Below, one piece after another: positions 31,001 to 40,061 of a stretch of 64,000 bases of DNA; positions within the stretch are counted from its first letter, which is position 1, and each line of letters begins with the position of its first letter. The translations under genes were made by a program, and so were the position numbers. Under the pieces are notes generated by a model that was not told where the DNA came from, did no database searches, and saw nothing but the letters and a program-made list of their open reading frames with translations. The DNA comes from a virus, in the IMG/VR virus record IMGVR_UViG_3300031673_000014, positions 17,146 to 81,145 of that record; one strand, given 5' to 3'.

Positions 31001-31505
31001 GGAATTTACTTTCTGGGCTGATATGAAAGAGAAATGGGGTCCTAAAGGGATACCGGCCAGAATACTTGAGCATACAGGACCTTATGTTGATCAGGAGGCG
31101 AACAGGATACTCGCGAAATATTACCCATTGTATAAAGTTCACTCAGAGACTACAAAAATGTCCAGTGATGGTAAAAAAGAGCTGGAAGTGTTTAATATCT
31201 CAGTAGTGAATCAAGAGACTACCAGAACAAAGCCGTTGAACTGTATAAGTGGAGAAGAGAGAAACTTCATTAATGAGGCTCTACGGTATGCTTTCAGGAA
31301 AGTAAACGAACAGAATTCACTTGTCCGGTATAATGTTATGTTTGAGGACGAGCCCGACTCACATGTTTCTAGTGCTCAATTACATACGTTTTGGGATTTA
31401 TTAACCGATATATCAGAAGATCGATTATCTTTTTGTATATCTCATTCTCCGGAAGTGAAACATAGATCAGCGACAACAATAGATATAATAGATTTGGAGG
31501 GGTAA
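28017..31505 (+). CDS. Mre11/SbcD nuclease - Rad50/SbcC ATPase fusion
   Basis: HIADLHH and WGHYH phosphoesterase motifs; Walker A GDGGLGKTT; coiled coil with CPKC hook; ISGEE signature, MFEDEPD Walker B, ISH H-loop. Confidence 0.9.
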   Translation: MKTAHIADLHHSPERHKKVMRILDQVIEILPDVDLLTNSGENFNNPYNIGEVYNQLLDKWGEATAIKPVATIDATQGKHEREGMLRGLKSAGIVIIKPGMAYGYGAGQIYPKIDGLEPEMLLFGVPHAHKGKIVMGEMSRDEANAKVNQEMAKLYSFYGALRANNPDIPALAVGHGVVQGKNTRDLHAIKNSSIYSTEAELKQMGCDFYAWGHYHVPTEFELIKGGYLGSFAWDWNELNYKPAITIMDWDTMEVTRHELDINTRKKLVMFPGDKIPDLTGCDVHLINNETEWTESDCRDAGAGQIKITTEVELENKIRSQAVVEAVSYPEKFKAVYPDATDRQLQVCDEMWEADKAEGKIPEEKVITPLYLTVHGSKNFLERIGRETIKIDFRDHDGLVMLIGDGGLGKTTLFDYANPFPLLFAQGNSLLSTFEMEDSFIEQGWDINGEVFIIKKFFKPTLKSPKAEYYAFKENGEKISGLDSGNVGPYSDWCLSMFGSPRRYSSSVFNTQFDDNPATFSGQKINPSIFQANNIELKSLFHELAGTDLKHLELQCKAKADEFKDMAENELMKKSGVEESIPDTAVFMERMSEINHEIADKSIVLGAIDSEILSCKVKIKDIEKIEEGNRDIDTTVFILNGQIGTETANRNTLNHELSGLNNVDIDTVTKVLEKMDSDKVIYDSRLKELPEIKRHNVDIQQTFMKALENWNTDNLGIVEHNNSVSSIKKEIETAMLNKTRAITRKKDKQVRAEQDQKNQNINIENEYGRLKVGIEQSISTLNEQIKTGKEMVENIVACPKCGYQDEDSLKKKSDYEARIKLRETELDGKVKELLELVEPEKVTVKADCSEEDKEIVEYDEIINQVVPEIKPVPDKPIEPVYLNEDLPVFDFDKYSSLKDQISSYSESKITELQTRISECTKRIADLQNQKESKIKTEIDYSPVDQLKAAEEKLKTIEKEIQQLNNEISLKESKISDINKMRESLVEYDNRIEKYNEEFTFWADMKEKWGPKGIPARILEHTGPYVDQEANRILAKYYPLYKVHSETTKMSSDGKKELEVFNISVVNQETTRTKPLNCISGEERNFINEALRYAFRKVNEQNSLVRYNVMFEDEPDSHVSSAQLHTFWDLLTDISEDRLSFCISHSPEVKHRSATTIDIIDLEG

Positions 31506-31507
31506 TT

Positions 31508-31843
31508 GTGGGAAGACCAGCAAAAAAATATGGAGGAGATGCTCGAAAAGAGTATCTCGATGTAGCAAAAAAACTTTTCATAAAGAAAGGTTTTGCAAAT
31601 ACTTACATAAGAGAAATAGGCCGGTTGTCAGGGTATAATGAGAGTAATCTTTACACTTATTGGAAAACAAAAGAGGATCTTTTTAATGAAATTACAGCTT
31701 GTGTTTCTGATATGGATTTGGATTCTGCTTGCCAATTTCCTATAGAGTATGCAATTATGGTAGAGAAGATGCTTTCTGAAGAAGGAACTTTGATTACTAA
31801 GTTATCAGAATTAAGCCCGGAACTTTTAGTTTCAATGCTATAA
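31508..31843 (+). CDS. TetR/AcrR-family regulator
   Basis: AKKLFIKKGFANT-IREIG...S-LY-YWKTKEDLF TetR HTH. Confidence 0.85.
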   Translation: MGRPAKKYGGDARKEYLDVAKKLFIKKGFANTYIREIGRLSGYNESNLYTYWKTKEDLFNEITACVSDMDLDSACQFPIEYAIMVEKMLSEEGTLITKLSELSPELLVSML

Positions 31844-31845
31844 AT

Positions 31846-32493
31846 ATGAGGGGGAGAAATCCCCCGGTATCAAGAGAGGAAACTTTGAAAAACGTAATTA
31901 TTTATTTATCTGTTATTTTTTGTTTTATAATATTAGGGATTTTGATCGGTCGTTATATAATCCCTAGGGATCCTGTAGTGATTGAAAAAGTGGTCGAAAA
32001 AATTGTTTATTTGGAAAAGCCGAAAATAGAAAAAGTGTTCAATTATATAAATCCTATCCATGAAGAAGACTATATTAAATTAAGCAGTCCATACGGTCTA
32101 AGAGAAATTCCGAAAGGGATCTATACCGGGGGAGCATTAGACCGGGATCATGAGGCACTTGATTTATATGGTACTTGGCAAGCCCGGATTGTGGCCGTCG
32201 CTGATGGTGTTGTTAAAGAAAAATGGTATGTTCCTAATGAATATAAAGGCTATAAAGGACATCCGATTTATGGCGGATATATTGTAATACTTCATTCAGA
32301 CGGAAGCGAGACAGGTTACGGACATCTTAGCTGGATAAGCTCAGAGGTCCATGAGGGAGACTTTGTTTCTCAGGGTCAAGTAATTGCCCGGCAGGGTGAC
32401 ACGGGACTGTCAGACGGCGGACATCTTGATTTTTCCGTTAAGATAAATGGAGAATATGTAAATCCGTTAAAATATGTTGACATAGAAGAATAG
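31846..32493 (+). CDS. M23 family peptidase with N-terminal TM anchor
   Basis: SSPYGLR, HEALD, YGHL, G-TGLSDGGHLDF, VNP motifs; TM segment residues ~17-38. Confidence 0.9.
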   Translation: MRGRNPPVSREETLKNVIIYLSVIFCFIILGILIGRYIIPRDPVVIEKVVEKIVYLEKPKIEKVFNYINPIHEEDYIKLSSPYGLREIPKGIYTGGALDRDHEALDLYGTWQARIVAVADGVVKEKWYVPNEYKGYKGHPIYGGYIVILHSDGSETGYGHLSWISSEVHEGDFVSQGQVIARQGDTGLSDGGHLDFSVKINGEYVNPLKYVDIEE

Positions 32494-32495
32494 TA

Positions 32496-32523
32496 TTGAC
32501 ATCTATCTAATCGCATGTATAAT
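32496..32523 (+). promoter_or_regulatory. Promoter with CTAATCGNNTG motif
   Basis: TTGACA-16-TATAAT with CTAATCGCATG. Confidence 0.75.
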
Positions 32524-32540
32524 TAAGTGCAGGGGGAAAT

Positions 32541-32840
32541 GTGAAAAAATCTAAAGTATATTTTGAAGAATTAAAAGAAGCTCTCGAATCTAAAAATGAA
32601 GAATCTATTAATAAAAAAATAGTTTCTGTTTTCAATGATATTTTCATAAAGGAAATACCTGAGATAATTGAAATGAGAAGGGCTGAGTCTGATTCTGCAA
32701 TGAAGGCTATTTTTAGGGAACAAAACCAGAAGTGGAATTCTATCTGTAATAAGTGTGAATCTATTGGATGTAATGTCTTAAAAAGAGATGCAATAAAAAA
32801 TATTGTTGAAAAAGATGTTCTCCATGGTGAAGCATTGTGA
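32541..32840 (+). CDS. Hypothetical protein
   Basis: GTG start after CAGGGGGAA. Confidence 0.6.
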   Translation: MKKSKVYFEELKEALESKNEESINKKIVSVFNDIFIKEIPEIIEMRRAESDSAMKAIFREQNQKWNSICNKCESIGCNVLKRDAIKNIVEKDVLHGEAL

Positions 32841-33364
32841 GAATTAAAGTCAATCAAGTTATGCCTAAAGACGGATTTAAACAGCCATGGTTAAAAGCTA
32901 TCATTCTCGATGGTGAGATAAAAGAACAATCAGTCTACGAATTAATATTGATTGACGAACAAACTGATCAGCAAAGAAAATTGTTTAATCCTTTATGCCG
33001 GTTGTATTTCGATTCTCTATGTTATCAGAGGGTTGCTGTCGATTGGCTTGATCTCCGGGACCAGATAAAACTTAAGCTTGGAGCCGGGTATGAAACTATT
33101 CGGTTTACAACTTCTGATTATGCTATCCATGAGATACCGTACAAAGAGAAAAACGACATTCCTAAAGATGTTATAGAAGATTACCGGAAAGGCAATGAGG
33201 CCAGAGTACAGCTCATTTTAAAGTCTATGAGGGACTACTCAAAGAAAGAAATGACCGATATAACTGATTCGCTTATTCGCGAGATGATTACTGCAGGAGT
33301 CGGTCAATCCAGCAAGGCAAAAAGATTTAATGAGATCCTGGAAAAGATAAAATTTCAGGAATAG
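32837..33364 (+). CDS. Hypothetical protein (NinB-like?)
   Basis: T-QQRKLF-PL and KSMRDYSKKEM motifs; near NinG. Confidence 0.4.
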   Translation: MRIKVNQVMPKDGFKQPWLKAIILDGEIKEQSVYELILIDEQTDQQRKLFNPLCRLYFDSLCYQRVAVDWLDLRDQIKLKLGAGYETIRFTTSDYAIHEIPYKEKNDIPKDVIEDYRKGNEARVQLILKSMRDYSKKEMTDITDSLIREMITAGVGQSSKAKRFNEILEKIKFQE

Positions 33365-33372
33365 GGGGAATT

Positions 33373-33723
33373 GTGAAAAGATGCGAAATACTTGCACGTG
33401 TTATTTGTGATATTCAAAAAAGTTTTATATCTTCTTCTTTTTATGATGATGGTGATAGAACCCATAGCAATGTCTCTCAGATAGGATTTATTAAAGAATA
33501 TAGTGGATCTTATGGATCAATCGGAGCTCTTTGTGGATTATCTGTTACTGAAGAAGACGCTAAAGAAGAGGGGCTAGATTTAAAATATTCGGGGGAGTAT
33601 TCAGGAAGGGTAGAGATCTTTACATACAATAATGTTAGGGTTAAAGCGATGCTTCTTAGCCAAAGCGGCCCTTACAGCTACGCCGGACCGATGATATTGT
33701 TTTATAAAATTAAGGGGGAATAA
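33373..33723 (+). CDS. Hypothetical protein
   Basis: AGGGGGAAT RBS. Confidence 0.55.
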   Translation: MKRCEILARVICDIQKSFISSSFYDDGDRTHSNVSQIGFIKEYSGSYGSIGALCGLSVTEEDAKEEGLDLKYSGEYSGRVEIFTYNNVRVKAMLLSQSGPYSYAGPMILFYKIKGE

Positions 33724-34287
33724 ATGAAGGTAGAAGTTTTTAGAGAAGTAGAAGAGATCGATTCTAATGAGTCCGGATATGTTCAGTTTTCGAGAGAAAG
33801 ATATAATTCTGAATATTTCGGGGGAATGCCGGAAGCTGTTGATTTTTCAAGAGAGCAATACAAAGTCAGGACGGTTGCTCAGGTTAGAGCTTTACCGACA
33901 ACAATCAATAGAGAACACGTCCTTAGAGAAAAAACAAAACTCCTGCAGGATGGTTTTAAGGAAAGAGACCGAACCGGATATGAAGATCCCAGGCTTATAC
34001 TTTTTGACAAAAGAAAGGATTTTGTTATTGCTGATAAAATGATCGATTCTTATATCGGAAGCATGTCAGAAGAAGATCCAGAAATTCTCGACAAAAGAGG
34101 AATGAATCTTCTTTTAATTGATCTTGTCTGTGAGGTAAATAAGCAAAAGACAGATCTTGAATCTAAAAAAGAGCTTATCGGGAATTATAGAGCAGAATAT
34201 CTTAGGTTGCAAAACAGCCATAGATATCTGAAATCCAGAAATATTTTTCAGAGAATATTTTTATGGAAAAAATCGATAAAGGAATAG
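33724..34287 (+). CDS. Hypothetical protein with C-terminal amphipathic FQRIFLWKK motif
   Basis: AGGGGGAAT RBS; motif shared with 45178..45579. Confidence 0.6.
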   Translation: MKVEVFREVEEIDSNESGYVQFSRERYNSEYFGGMPEAVDFSREQYKVRTVAQVRALPTTINREHVLREKTKLLQDGFKERDRTGYEDPRLILFDKRKDFVIADKMIDSYIGSMSEEDPEILDKRGMNLLLIDLVCEVNKQKTDLESKKELIGNYRAEYLRLQNSHRYLKSRNIFQRIFLWKKSIKE

Positions 34288-34288
34288 T

Positions 34289-34681
34289 ATGAAACCGAAC
34301 GAAAAGAAAGCTAAAGAGATATTTTCCAGATATGTAAGGGTCCGGGATTGTGTTAAGACTTCTGGCACCCCTCATATTGGAAAATGTTTTACTTGTGGGA
34401 GAGTATTCACTTATGATGAGCTTCATTGTGGCCATTTTGTAAGCGGTAGAGGGAATTCTTTATTCTTTGAAGAACATAATTCTACTATTCAGTGTGGGAC
34501 TTGTAATACATCTCTGGGAGGCAATCCAGAGGTTTACCGTAAAAAGATGATCAATAAGTATGGAATAGAAGAGGTTGAACGACTTGAATCTCTCAGGCAT
34601 GTTCCTGTAAAAATAAGAGAGTCGGAGTTTAAAGAATTGAGTATTAAATTTGACATTAAATTTAAGAATATGTTAGATTAA
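34289..34681 (+). CDS. ninG: NinG/Rap-like recombination endonuclease
   Basis: FSRYVRVRD, CFTCG, HCGHF, N...QCGTCN, GN...Y motifs. Confidence 0.85.
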   Translation: MKPNEKKAKEIFSRYVRVRDCVKTSGTPHIGKCFTCGRVFTYDELHCGHFVSGRGNSLFFEEHNSTIQCGTCNTSLGGNPEVYRKKMINKYGIEEVERLESLRHVPVKIRESEFKELSIKFDIKFKNMLD

Positions 34682-34700
34682 ATTTAACAGGGGGAAAATT

Positions 34701-35414
34701 ATGGATATAAAGAAATTAGTAGATGATCAGACAACAAAATTTATAGAGTCTGGCGAATTGGAAAAATTGATCACTGAGAATGTGCAGAAGTCTATAGAAA
34801 AGGTAATTACCGAAAAATTTGGAGGATATTCTTTTCAGAGAGATTTAGAAAAAAAACTATCTGAAGAAATTGAGCCGTTACTAGGAGAAATCTCTTTTTC
34901 CGGATATAGAAATGTGATTATTGACAGGATAAAAGCTATTCTTACCGGCCTTGTAGATTCTGAATTGGTTGAAAAAGTGGAGGAAGCATATAAAGATATT
35001 TTTATCTCTTCTTCAGAGCCATTAAAGATGTCAGATTTTTTCAAAATAGTTCGAGATTGCTATCTTGATGAAGACGGACAATCTTACGGGGAATTTTTTA
35101 AAATAGAAATTTCTGATGACGAAGGCTCAGATCCCACCTTTAGACATATAGAAATTTCATTTTCGGAAGATGAAGGCGACTGTCGATGCACAAACAGCTT
35201 TAGAATGATGTCTTATAAACAGGAATTATTCACTATCTACTCTTTAAAAACAGAGCATTTATCTTATGAGAAAGATTCTAAGACATTATTAAAAGTGAAA
35301 TATCTTGATAAATTCGAAAGAATTCTTTTGAATGCTTATATAAACGATCAGAAAATAATCTTTGATATTGAAGAGGATGATATTGATCGATCAAAATTTG
35401 AAGGTGACTATTAA
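34701..35414 (+). CDS. Hypothetical protein
   Basis: 237 aa, CAGGGGGAAA RBS. Confidence 0.65.
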   Translation: MDIKKLVDDQTTKFIESGELEKLITENVQKSIEKVITEKFGGYSFQRDLEKKLSEEIEPLLGEISFSGYRNVIIDRIKAILTGLVDSELVEKVEEAYKDIFISSSEPLKMSDFFKIVRDCYLDEDGQSYGEFFKIEISDDEGSDPTFRHIEISFSEDEGDCRCTNSFRMMSYKQELFTIYSLKTEHLSYEKDSKTLLKVKYLDKFERILLNAYINDQKIIFDIEEDDIDRSKFEGDY

Positions 35415-36163
35415 TGGGAGCGGCTTTTAATACTGCAAAAAACAAGTATTTTGATAAAACAAAGAATCATACAATCTTTACACCGCCAACGGTCTGTAAT
35501 TGGTTATATGAAATATTGCAACCGGAACTGGAAGATGTTAAGACTGTATTTGACCCGGCCTGTGGCTCAGGTAATCTACTGATGCCGTTTAAACAAAATC
35601 CTGATATTGTAACAATGGGATGTGATATCGAAGATTTTGGAGCAGATATAGATCATTTGTTCAAAGACGATTTCCTGACATGGAAAGGGGAATTCCCGGA
35701 AATTGACTTATGTATGATTAATCCGCCGTTTAATCATACCCCGGAGTCCCGGAAGAAATGGGGAAAAACGAATCTTCTCCCGGAGCTATTTATTCAAAAA
35801 TGCTTTGATTTATTCGGGAAAGATGTAAAAGCGGTTTTGTTTACTCCAATGGGGTTTAGGTTGAATACTAGATGTTATACTGAGAAGCAGGGCAGCCGAT
35901 ACCGGAATATAAGAGATAATATGGGGAAAATTACTTCTATAGTCTCTATTCCTCTTGATATGTTTCCAAATCCTGATTTTGATGAAAGACTTCCAGAGCA
36001 GAGGAAAAATCCAAGGTTAAAAATTCCGAACTCCAATATCAAGCGAAAAGAGATTCAACAGGAAATAATTTTCTTTAATATGCCGAAGCTGGATCCTCAT
36101 TATTGTCTTCCGGATTCAGTCATTGAAGACCTGAGAGAGATGGACCGGGAGACCTGGGGATGA
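35414..36163 (+). CDS. N6-adenine DNA methyltransferase
   Basis: IFTP, FDPACGSG, MINPPF motifs. Confidence 0.85.
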   Translation: MGAAFNTAKNKYFDKTKNHTIFTPPTVCNWLYEILQPELEDVKTVFDPACGSGNLLMPFKQNPDIVTMGCDIEDFGADIDHLFKDDFLTWKGEFPEIDLCMINPPFNHTPESRKKWGKTNLLPELFIQKCFDLFGKDVKAVLFTPMGFRLNTRCYTEKQGSRYRNIRDNMGKITSIVSIPLDMFPNPDFDERLPEQRKNPRLKIPNSNIKRKEIQQEIIFFNMPKLDPHYCLPDSVIEDLREMDRETWG

Positions 36164-36280
36164 ATATCTTTTGTGAGGAGTTAATATCTCTTGAAATTAA
36201 GAAAAAACTCGATGATAAAGAAGCTATAACCGAATACTGGGAAAATATTGCTATAGAAGCATTTGAGGCAGGAGAAGAAA

Positions 36281-36514
36281 ATGACAATTGAAATGTTTAT
36301 GAAAATACCAGTAGATCAGCTATCGAATTTCAAGACAAATTTAATCTATGCTTATTTGAATCAATTCTCTGATCCTATTGGACAAGTTGTGAAGGTCAAG
36401 GATGAGGCAGGAGAGGGTATTTATAGATGTGATGTATTTGTCTATCAGAATCATGAAAAAGAAGTCCTGGAAGCCATGGCGAAGGAAGTAGGGCGATTAT
36501 CTAATGGTAATTGA
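36281..36514 (+). CDS. Hypothetical protein
   Basis: AGGAG RBS before ATG 36281. Confidence 0.5.
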   Translation: MTIEMFMKIPVDQLSNFKTNLIYAYLNQFSDPIGQVVKVKDEAGEGIYRCDVFVYQNHEKEVLEAMAKEVGRLSNGN

Positions 36515-36689
36515 GTTACAAGTTAAGATTTCTCCCTATACGAGATATTTACATATTACACCGGTTTACGTTGAAGGTAGGGAAGTAGGGTTTATAGATG
36601 AAATAATTTCTCATTTAGACGGGGATGTATTTCTGTGCTCTATTGTTTTGAATAAAGAGTCAGAGAAAATGATAAAGGATAGGCGTTAA
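36504..36689 (+). CDS. Hypothetical protein
   Basis: ORF track; overlapping operon structure. Confidence 0.45.
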   Translation: MVIELQVKISPYTRYLHITPVYVEGREVGFIDEIISHLDGDVFLCSIVLNKESEKMIKDRR

Positions 36690-36775
36690 TTTTTTTTGCT
36701 CAAATAATATTATATAGTTGTAATAAGAATAATATGAGTATAATATAGATAAATTAAGAGATAAGGAGTTGTTAT

Positions 36776-36922
36776 ATGTGGTTGACTGTAAAAGAATATG
36801 CTGAAAAGCATGGTATAACCGATCAGGCAGTAAGAAAGCGAATGAAAGCAGGGCATATCCCTGAAATTAGAATCAGAAAAAACGACGGGGGAAAGATTGA
36901 GATAAAAGAGAGGGAATCATGA
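36776..36922 (+). CDS. Small HTH protein (Cro/excisionase-like, 48 aa), missed by ORF track
   Basis: MWLTVKEYAEKHGITDQAVRKRMKAG; AAGGAG RBS; ATGA overlap with next gene. Confidence 0.75.
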   Translation: MWLTVKEYAEKHGITDQAVRKRMKAGHIPEIRIRKNDGGKIEIKERES

Positions 36923-37626
36923 CTATAAAAGAAATTTCAGATTTTACCGGGAAAGAGATAAGAACTATAAGAAGATGGATTGCCAAAGCAGGTGACAAAG
37001 TGTCACAGGTGCCCCATGACAAAATGTCACAGGGTATTCCTTTCGATTATTCAATAGATGATGTTGAATGCATATTGCAGTCAGGATCAATGTCTAAAGA
37101 TGCCGTAACTATTGTTATGAGTAATGCAAGAAACAATAATAAAACATCGGACACTTTGGCAGACAATACGTCCGGCGGTGATATTGTTGTGTATAATGCA
37201 CATAATCAAACAGAATTGTTTTTAAGATTTTTTGATAAAATACAAAAAGATAATTTAAATGCAATTGATAGAATGCAAAAAGACAATCAAATATTCATGC
37301 AAAATATTATTGCTGAGATCAGGTTGCAAAATGCAACCCAATCAAAACCTAATAATCAGTTACAAATAGAAGATATACCAGAAAAGCCATTAAGAGAGGC
37401 ATATAAAGAGAAAATGAGAGAATATGCCTTCAAGTCTGGTAAAGATTTTGGAACAGCGTATCGATATGTTTATGATGAAATCGGTTCTATATATGGGATT
37501 AGGGTAATGGCAAGAGCTAAAAATAGAAAATGCACCGGAGTTGATATACTTGAATCTGACGGATATCTGAATAAAGGAATCTCTGTAATCATAAAGCTGA
37601 TCAAAACATTAGAAGAGGGAGTTTAA
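36919..37626 (+). CDS. HTH antirepressor-like protein
   Basis: MTIKEISDFTGKEIRTIRRWI HTH; C-terminal Y-YVYDEI..IYGI-V-ARAKN domain. Confidence 0.6.
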   Translation: MTIKEISDFTGKEIRTIRRWIAKAGDKVSQVPHDKMSQGIPFDYSIDDVECILQSGSMSKDAVTIVMSNARNNNKTSDTLADNTSGGDIVVYNAHNQTELFLRFFDKIQKDNLNAIDRMQKDNQIFMQNIIAEIRLQNATQSKPNNQLQIEDIPEKPLREAYKEKMREYAFKSGKDFGTAYRYVYDEIGSIYGIRVMARAKNRKCTGVDILESDGYLNKGISVIIKLIKTLEEGV

Positions 37627-38333
37627 TGGCCGAGCGTAGAATGTTTGCAAAGACAATAATAGATTCTGATATATTTCTTGATATGCCTCAGACAACACAA
37701 AATCTATATTTCCATTTGAATATGAGAGCTGATGATGAGGGGTTTGTCAACTCTCCTAAAAAGATTATGAGAATGGTCGGGTCTAATCAAAACGATTTAG
37801 AAATATTATTGGCGAAACGTTATTTAATAGCGTTTGAATCCGGTGTAATCGTAATTAAACACTTTAAATTACATAATACAATCAGAAAAGACAGGATGAA
37901 GGAAACTCTTTATCTTGAGGAAAAATCAAAATTAAGAGAGAAAGTAAATGGGTCGTATACAGAGGTTCAACCAGATGACAACCAAATGTCAACCAAGTGT
38001 ACTCCTAGTGTATTAGATTGTAGTATAGTTAAGTCTAGTATAGATGAGATTAATACGGCAGAGCCGAAATCTAAAAAACCTACAAAAGAGATAAAAAATA
38101 AACATGGTGAATATGGAAGAGTTTTTTTAACTGAAAAACAATTTGATAAGTTAGTAGTAGATTATGGAGAGTCTAAAGCAAAAGGCATGATTGAAAACAT
38201 TGATACATATTTTCAAGAACACCAGAGTAAAATTAAAAACTTTTCAGATCACAACTTGACAATGCGGAAATGGGCCGGTGCTCCTGCAGAAAAACAGAAA
38301 GACGGTGAAAAAGAGGATCTCATATGGAATTAA
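37626..38333 (+). CDS. Replisome organizer / replication initiator
   Basis: MAERRMFAKTIIDSDIFLDMP...LYFHLNMRADDEGF N-terminus. Confidence 0.85.
   Translation: MAERRMFAKTIIDSDIFLDMPQTTQNLYFHLNMRADDEGFVNSPKKIMRMVGSNQNDLEILLAKRYLIAFESGVIVIKHFKLHNTIRKDRMKETLYLEEKSKLREKVNGSYTEVQPDDNQMSTKCTPSVLDCSIVKSSIDEINTAEPKSKKPTKEIKNKHGEYGRVFLTEKQFDKLVVDYGESKAKGMIENIDTYFQEHQSKIKNFSDHNLTMRKWAGAPAEKQKDGEKEDLIWN
37967..38046. repeat. Putative replication origin iterons inside initiator gene
   Basis: Three 11-bp units tcaaccagatg/acaaccaaatg/tcaaccaagtg followed by an AT-rich tract of TAG-containing repeats. Confidence 0.6.
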
Positions 38334-39016
38334 AAACAATAACGCTATTAAACGGAAAAGAGATCCAACTGAATCAGGCTTTCAATATGGATTGCCTTCA
38401 GTTTATGAAAATGCTTCCTGACAAATGTATTGATTTAGTTTTGACTGATCCTCCTTATGGGATTGGTGCTGATAAGGGTGTTGGAGGTGGTTCAAAGCGT
38501 GGAGATGTTAAAAAGTTTTCAGGAGATTGGGATTCAAAAATACCAGAAAAAGAACTATTTGAACAGATATTCCGGATATCAAAAAATCAAATAATTTGGG
38601 GTGGTAACTATTTTACGGAATATTTAAAACCAACATCATCATGGATAATATGGGATAAGAGAGAAGGACTTCCGGAAAGAACATTTGCAGATTGTGAGAT
38701 GGCTTGGAATAGCATCAAAAGCCCTGCAAGAATATTTCGCCACAAGTGGGACGGTATGATTCAAGAGAACATGAAAGACAAAGATATTAGAATACATCCA
38801 ACTCAAAAACCTGTAAAACTTTTTAAATGGTGTATAGAAAAATATGTAACAAATGAGAAAATAATATTTGATCCATTTTTAGGATCTTTTTCTTCTTCTA
38901 TTGCATGTAATTCTTACGGGTTAAATTGGTTAGGTTGTGAATTATCGGAGGAGTTTTATACGTCAGGCTATCACCGATACGAACAAGAAACAAAGCAGAT
39001 GTTAATGGAGTTTTAA
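38324..39016 (+). CDS. Beta-class DNA methyltransferase (N6A/N4C)
   Basis: LTDPPYG, IIWGGNYF, HPTQKP, FDPFLGS motifs. Confidence 0.9.
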   Translation: MELKTITLLNGKEIQLNQAFNMDCLQFMKMLPDKCIDLVLTDPPYGIGADKGVGGGSKRGDVKKFSGDWDSKIPEKELFEQIFRISKNQIIWGGNYFTEYLKPTSSWIIWDKREGLPERTFADCEMAWNSIKSPARIFRHKWDGMIQENMKDKDIRIHPTQKPVKLFKWCIEKYVTNEKIIFDPFLGSFSSSIACNSYGLNWLGCELSEEFYTSGYHRYEQETKQMLMEF

Positions 39017-39019
39017 AAT

Positions 39020-39481
39020 ATGGAACTGAGAGAGCTAGAGGACAAGATTGTTAAATATTATGACATTCATAAAAGCAAATATGTCCAGAGTGTTGTTATG
39101 GCTTATGTAAAATCTCATTATGACAAAAAAAATTACGATTCCCTCCTTCAGTCAATAATAAGATCACATCCGTTTAATTTTGGTTTTCCTGATGTATGTG
39201 CCATAGAAGACGCTCAGGATAAACTTTATATCAGAGATAAAAAGTCACTAAGAAAGAGCCAGACTTCTTCGGATTGGAAAATTCCAATAAAACCATTGAC
39301 AGAAGAAGAGAGAAAAGAAGCCGAACCAATGTGGAAAGATTGGAAGAAATTTGTCGGTAAAATATCCTATAAGGCAAAAGATAAATTATCCTGTTCAACT
39401 TGTACTTACTTAAAACCAACGAAAACAGGGATATGTGAAAAGTGTATAGATTTTTCAAAACATGAAACGGGGGAAAAATGA
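39020..39481 (+). CDS. Hypothetical protein (possible helicase-loader/inhibitor-like)
   Basis: Position after initiator; FGFPD motif; C-terminal Cys cluster. Confidence 0.45.
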   Translation: MELRELEDKIVKYYDIHKSKYVQSVVMAYVKSHYDKKNYDSLLQSIIRSHPFNFGFPDVCAIEDAQDKLYIRDKKSLRKSQTSSDWKIPIKPLTEEERKEAEPMWKDWKKFVGKISYKAKDKLSCSTCTYLKPTKTGICEKCIDFSKHETGEK

Positions 39482-39819
39482 CAGATAGCAAATTTAGAAT
39501 ATTTTGGACACTTCCTGAAAGTGATAGTAGTGGTTTTGATTACTTCAAAGCCGGTGAGATTTATTTTCAATCAGATCCTAATCAAGAATTTGACGAGTTA
39601 GAGCAATTTGTAGGAGTTAGTGATAAAAATGGGAAAGATTATTTCATCGGAGATAAAGGTCGCTTTGATAACGGAGATACTTTCGTCTTAAAAATGGAAG
39701 ATAACTGTTTACAAGTATATGTTGATTGGATAGGCGATCCAGAATGTGAAGATCAGGCAAGAGATTTATACAGAATCTCAAAAGCTGAAATAGTAGGTAA
39801 TATACACGAGGGGGAATAA
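39478..39819 (+). CDS. YopX family protein
   Basis: KFR, EQFVGVSDKNGKDYFIGD, EIVGNIHE motifs. Confidence 0.85.
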   Translation: MTDSKFRIFWTLPESDSSGFDYFKAGEIYFQSDPNQEFDELEQFVGVSDKNGKDYFIGDKGRFDNGDTFVLKMEDNCLQVYVDWIGDPECEDQARDLYRISKAEIVGNIHEGE

Positions 39820-40061
39820 TGAAAGAGAGGCCGATAATTTTTAATACTTCACTTGAAATAACTGATGTCAGAGTTGAAATGGTTCAGGAGATAGACAACG
39901 ATTCTGCAATAAAAGAGGGAATTATTGTTGAATCAGGGCTTGAAAATGGGATAAATAACCTTGCAAAGGCTAGATTTGCTGATTTATGGGATTCTATCTA
40001 CAAAAACTGGGATAAGAGCCCATGGGTATGGGTAATTGAGTTTAAAAGGATCGAAAGATGA
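39819..40061 (+). CDS. Internally deleted ASCH-like phage protein
   Basis: MKERPIIFN joined directly to LEITDVRVE...WDSIY...PWVWVIEF; the usual central region is missing. Confidence 0.6.
   Translation: MKERPIIFNTSLEITDVRVEMVQEIDNDSAIKEGIIVESGLENGINNLAKARFADLWDSIYKNWDKSPWVWVIEFKRIER

Noticed and set aside
35414-39016. Restriction-modification system
   Set aside because: Both methyltransferases are orphans with no adjacent endonuclease, as is common in phages
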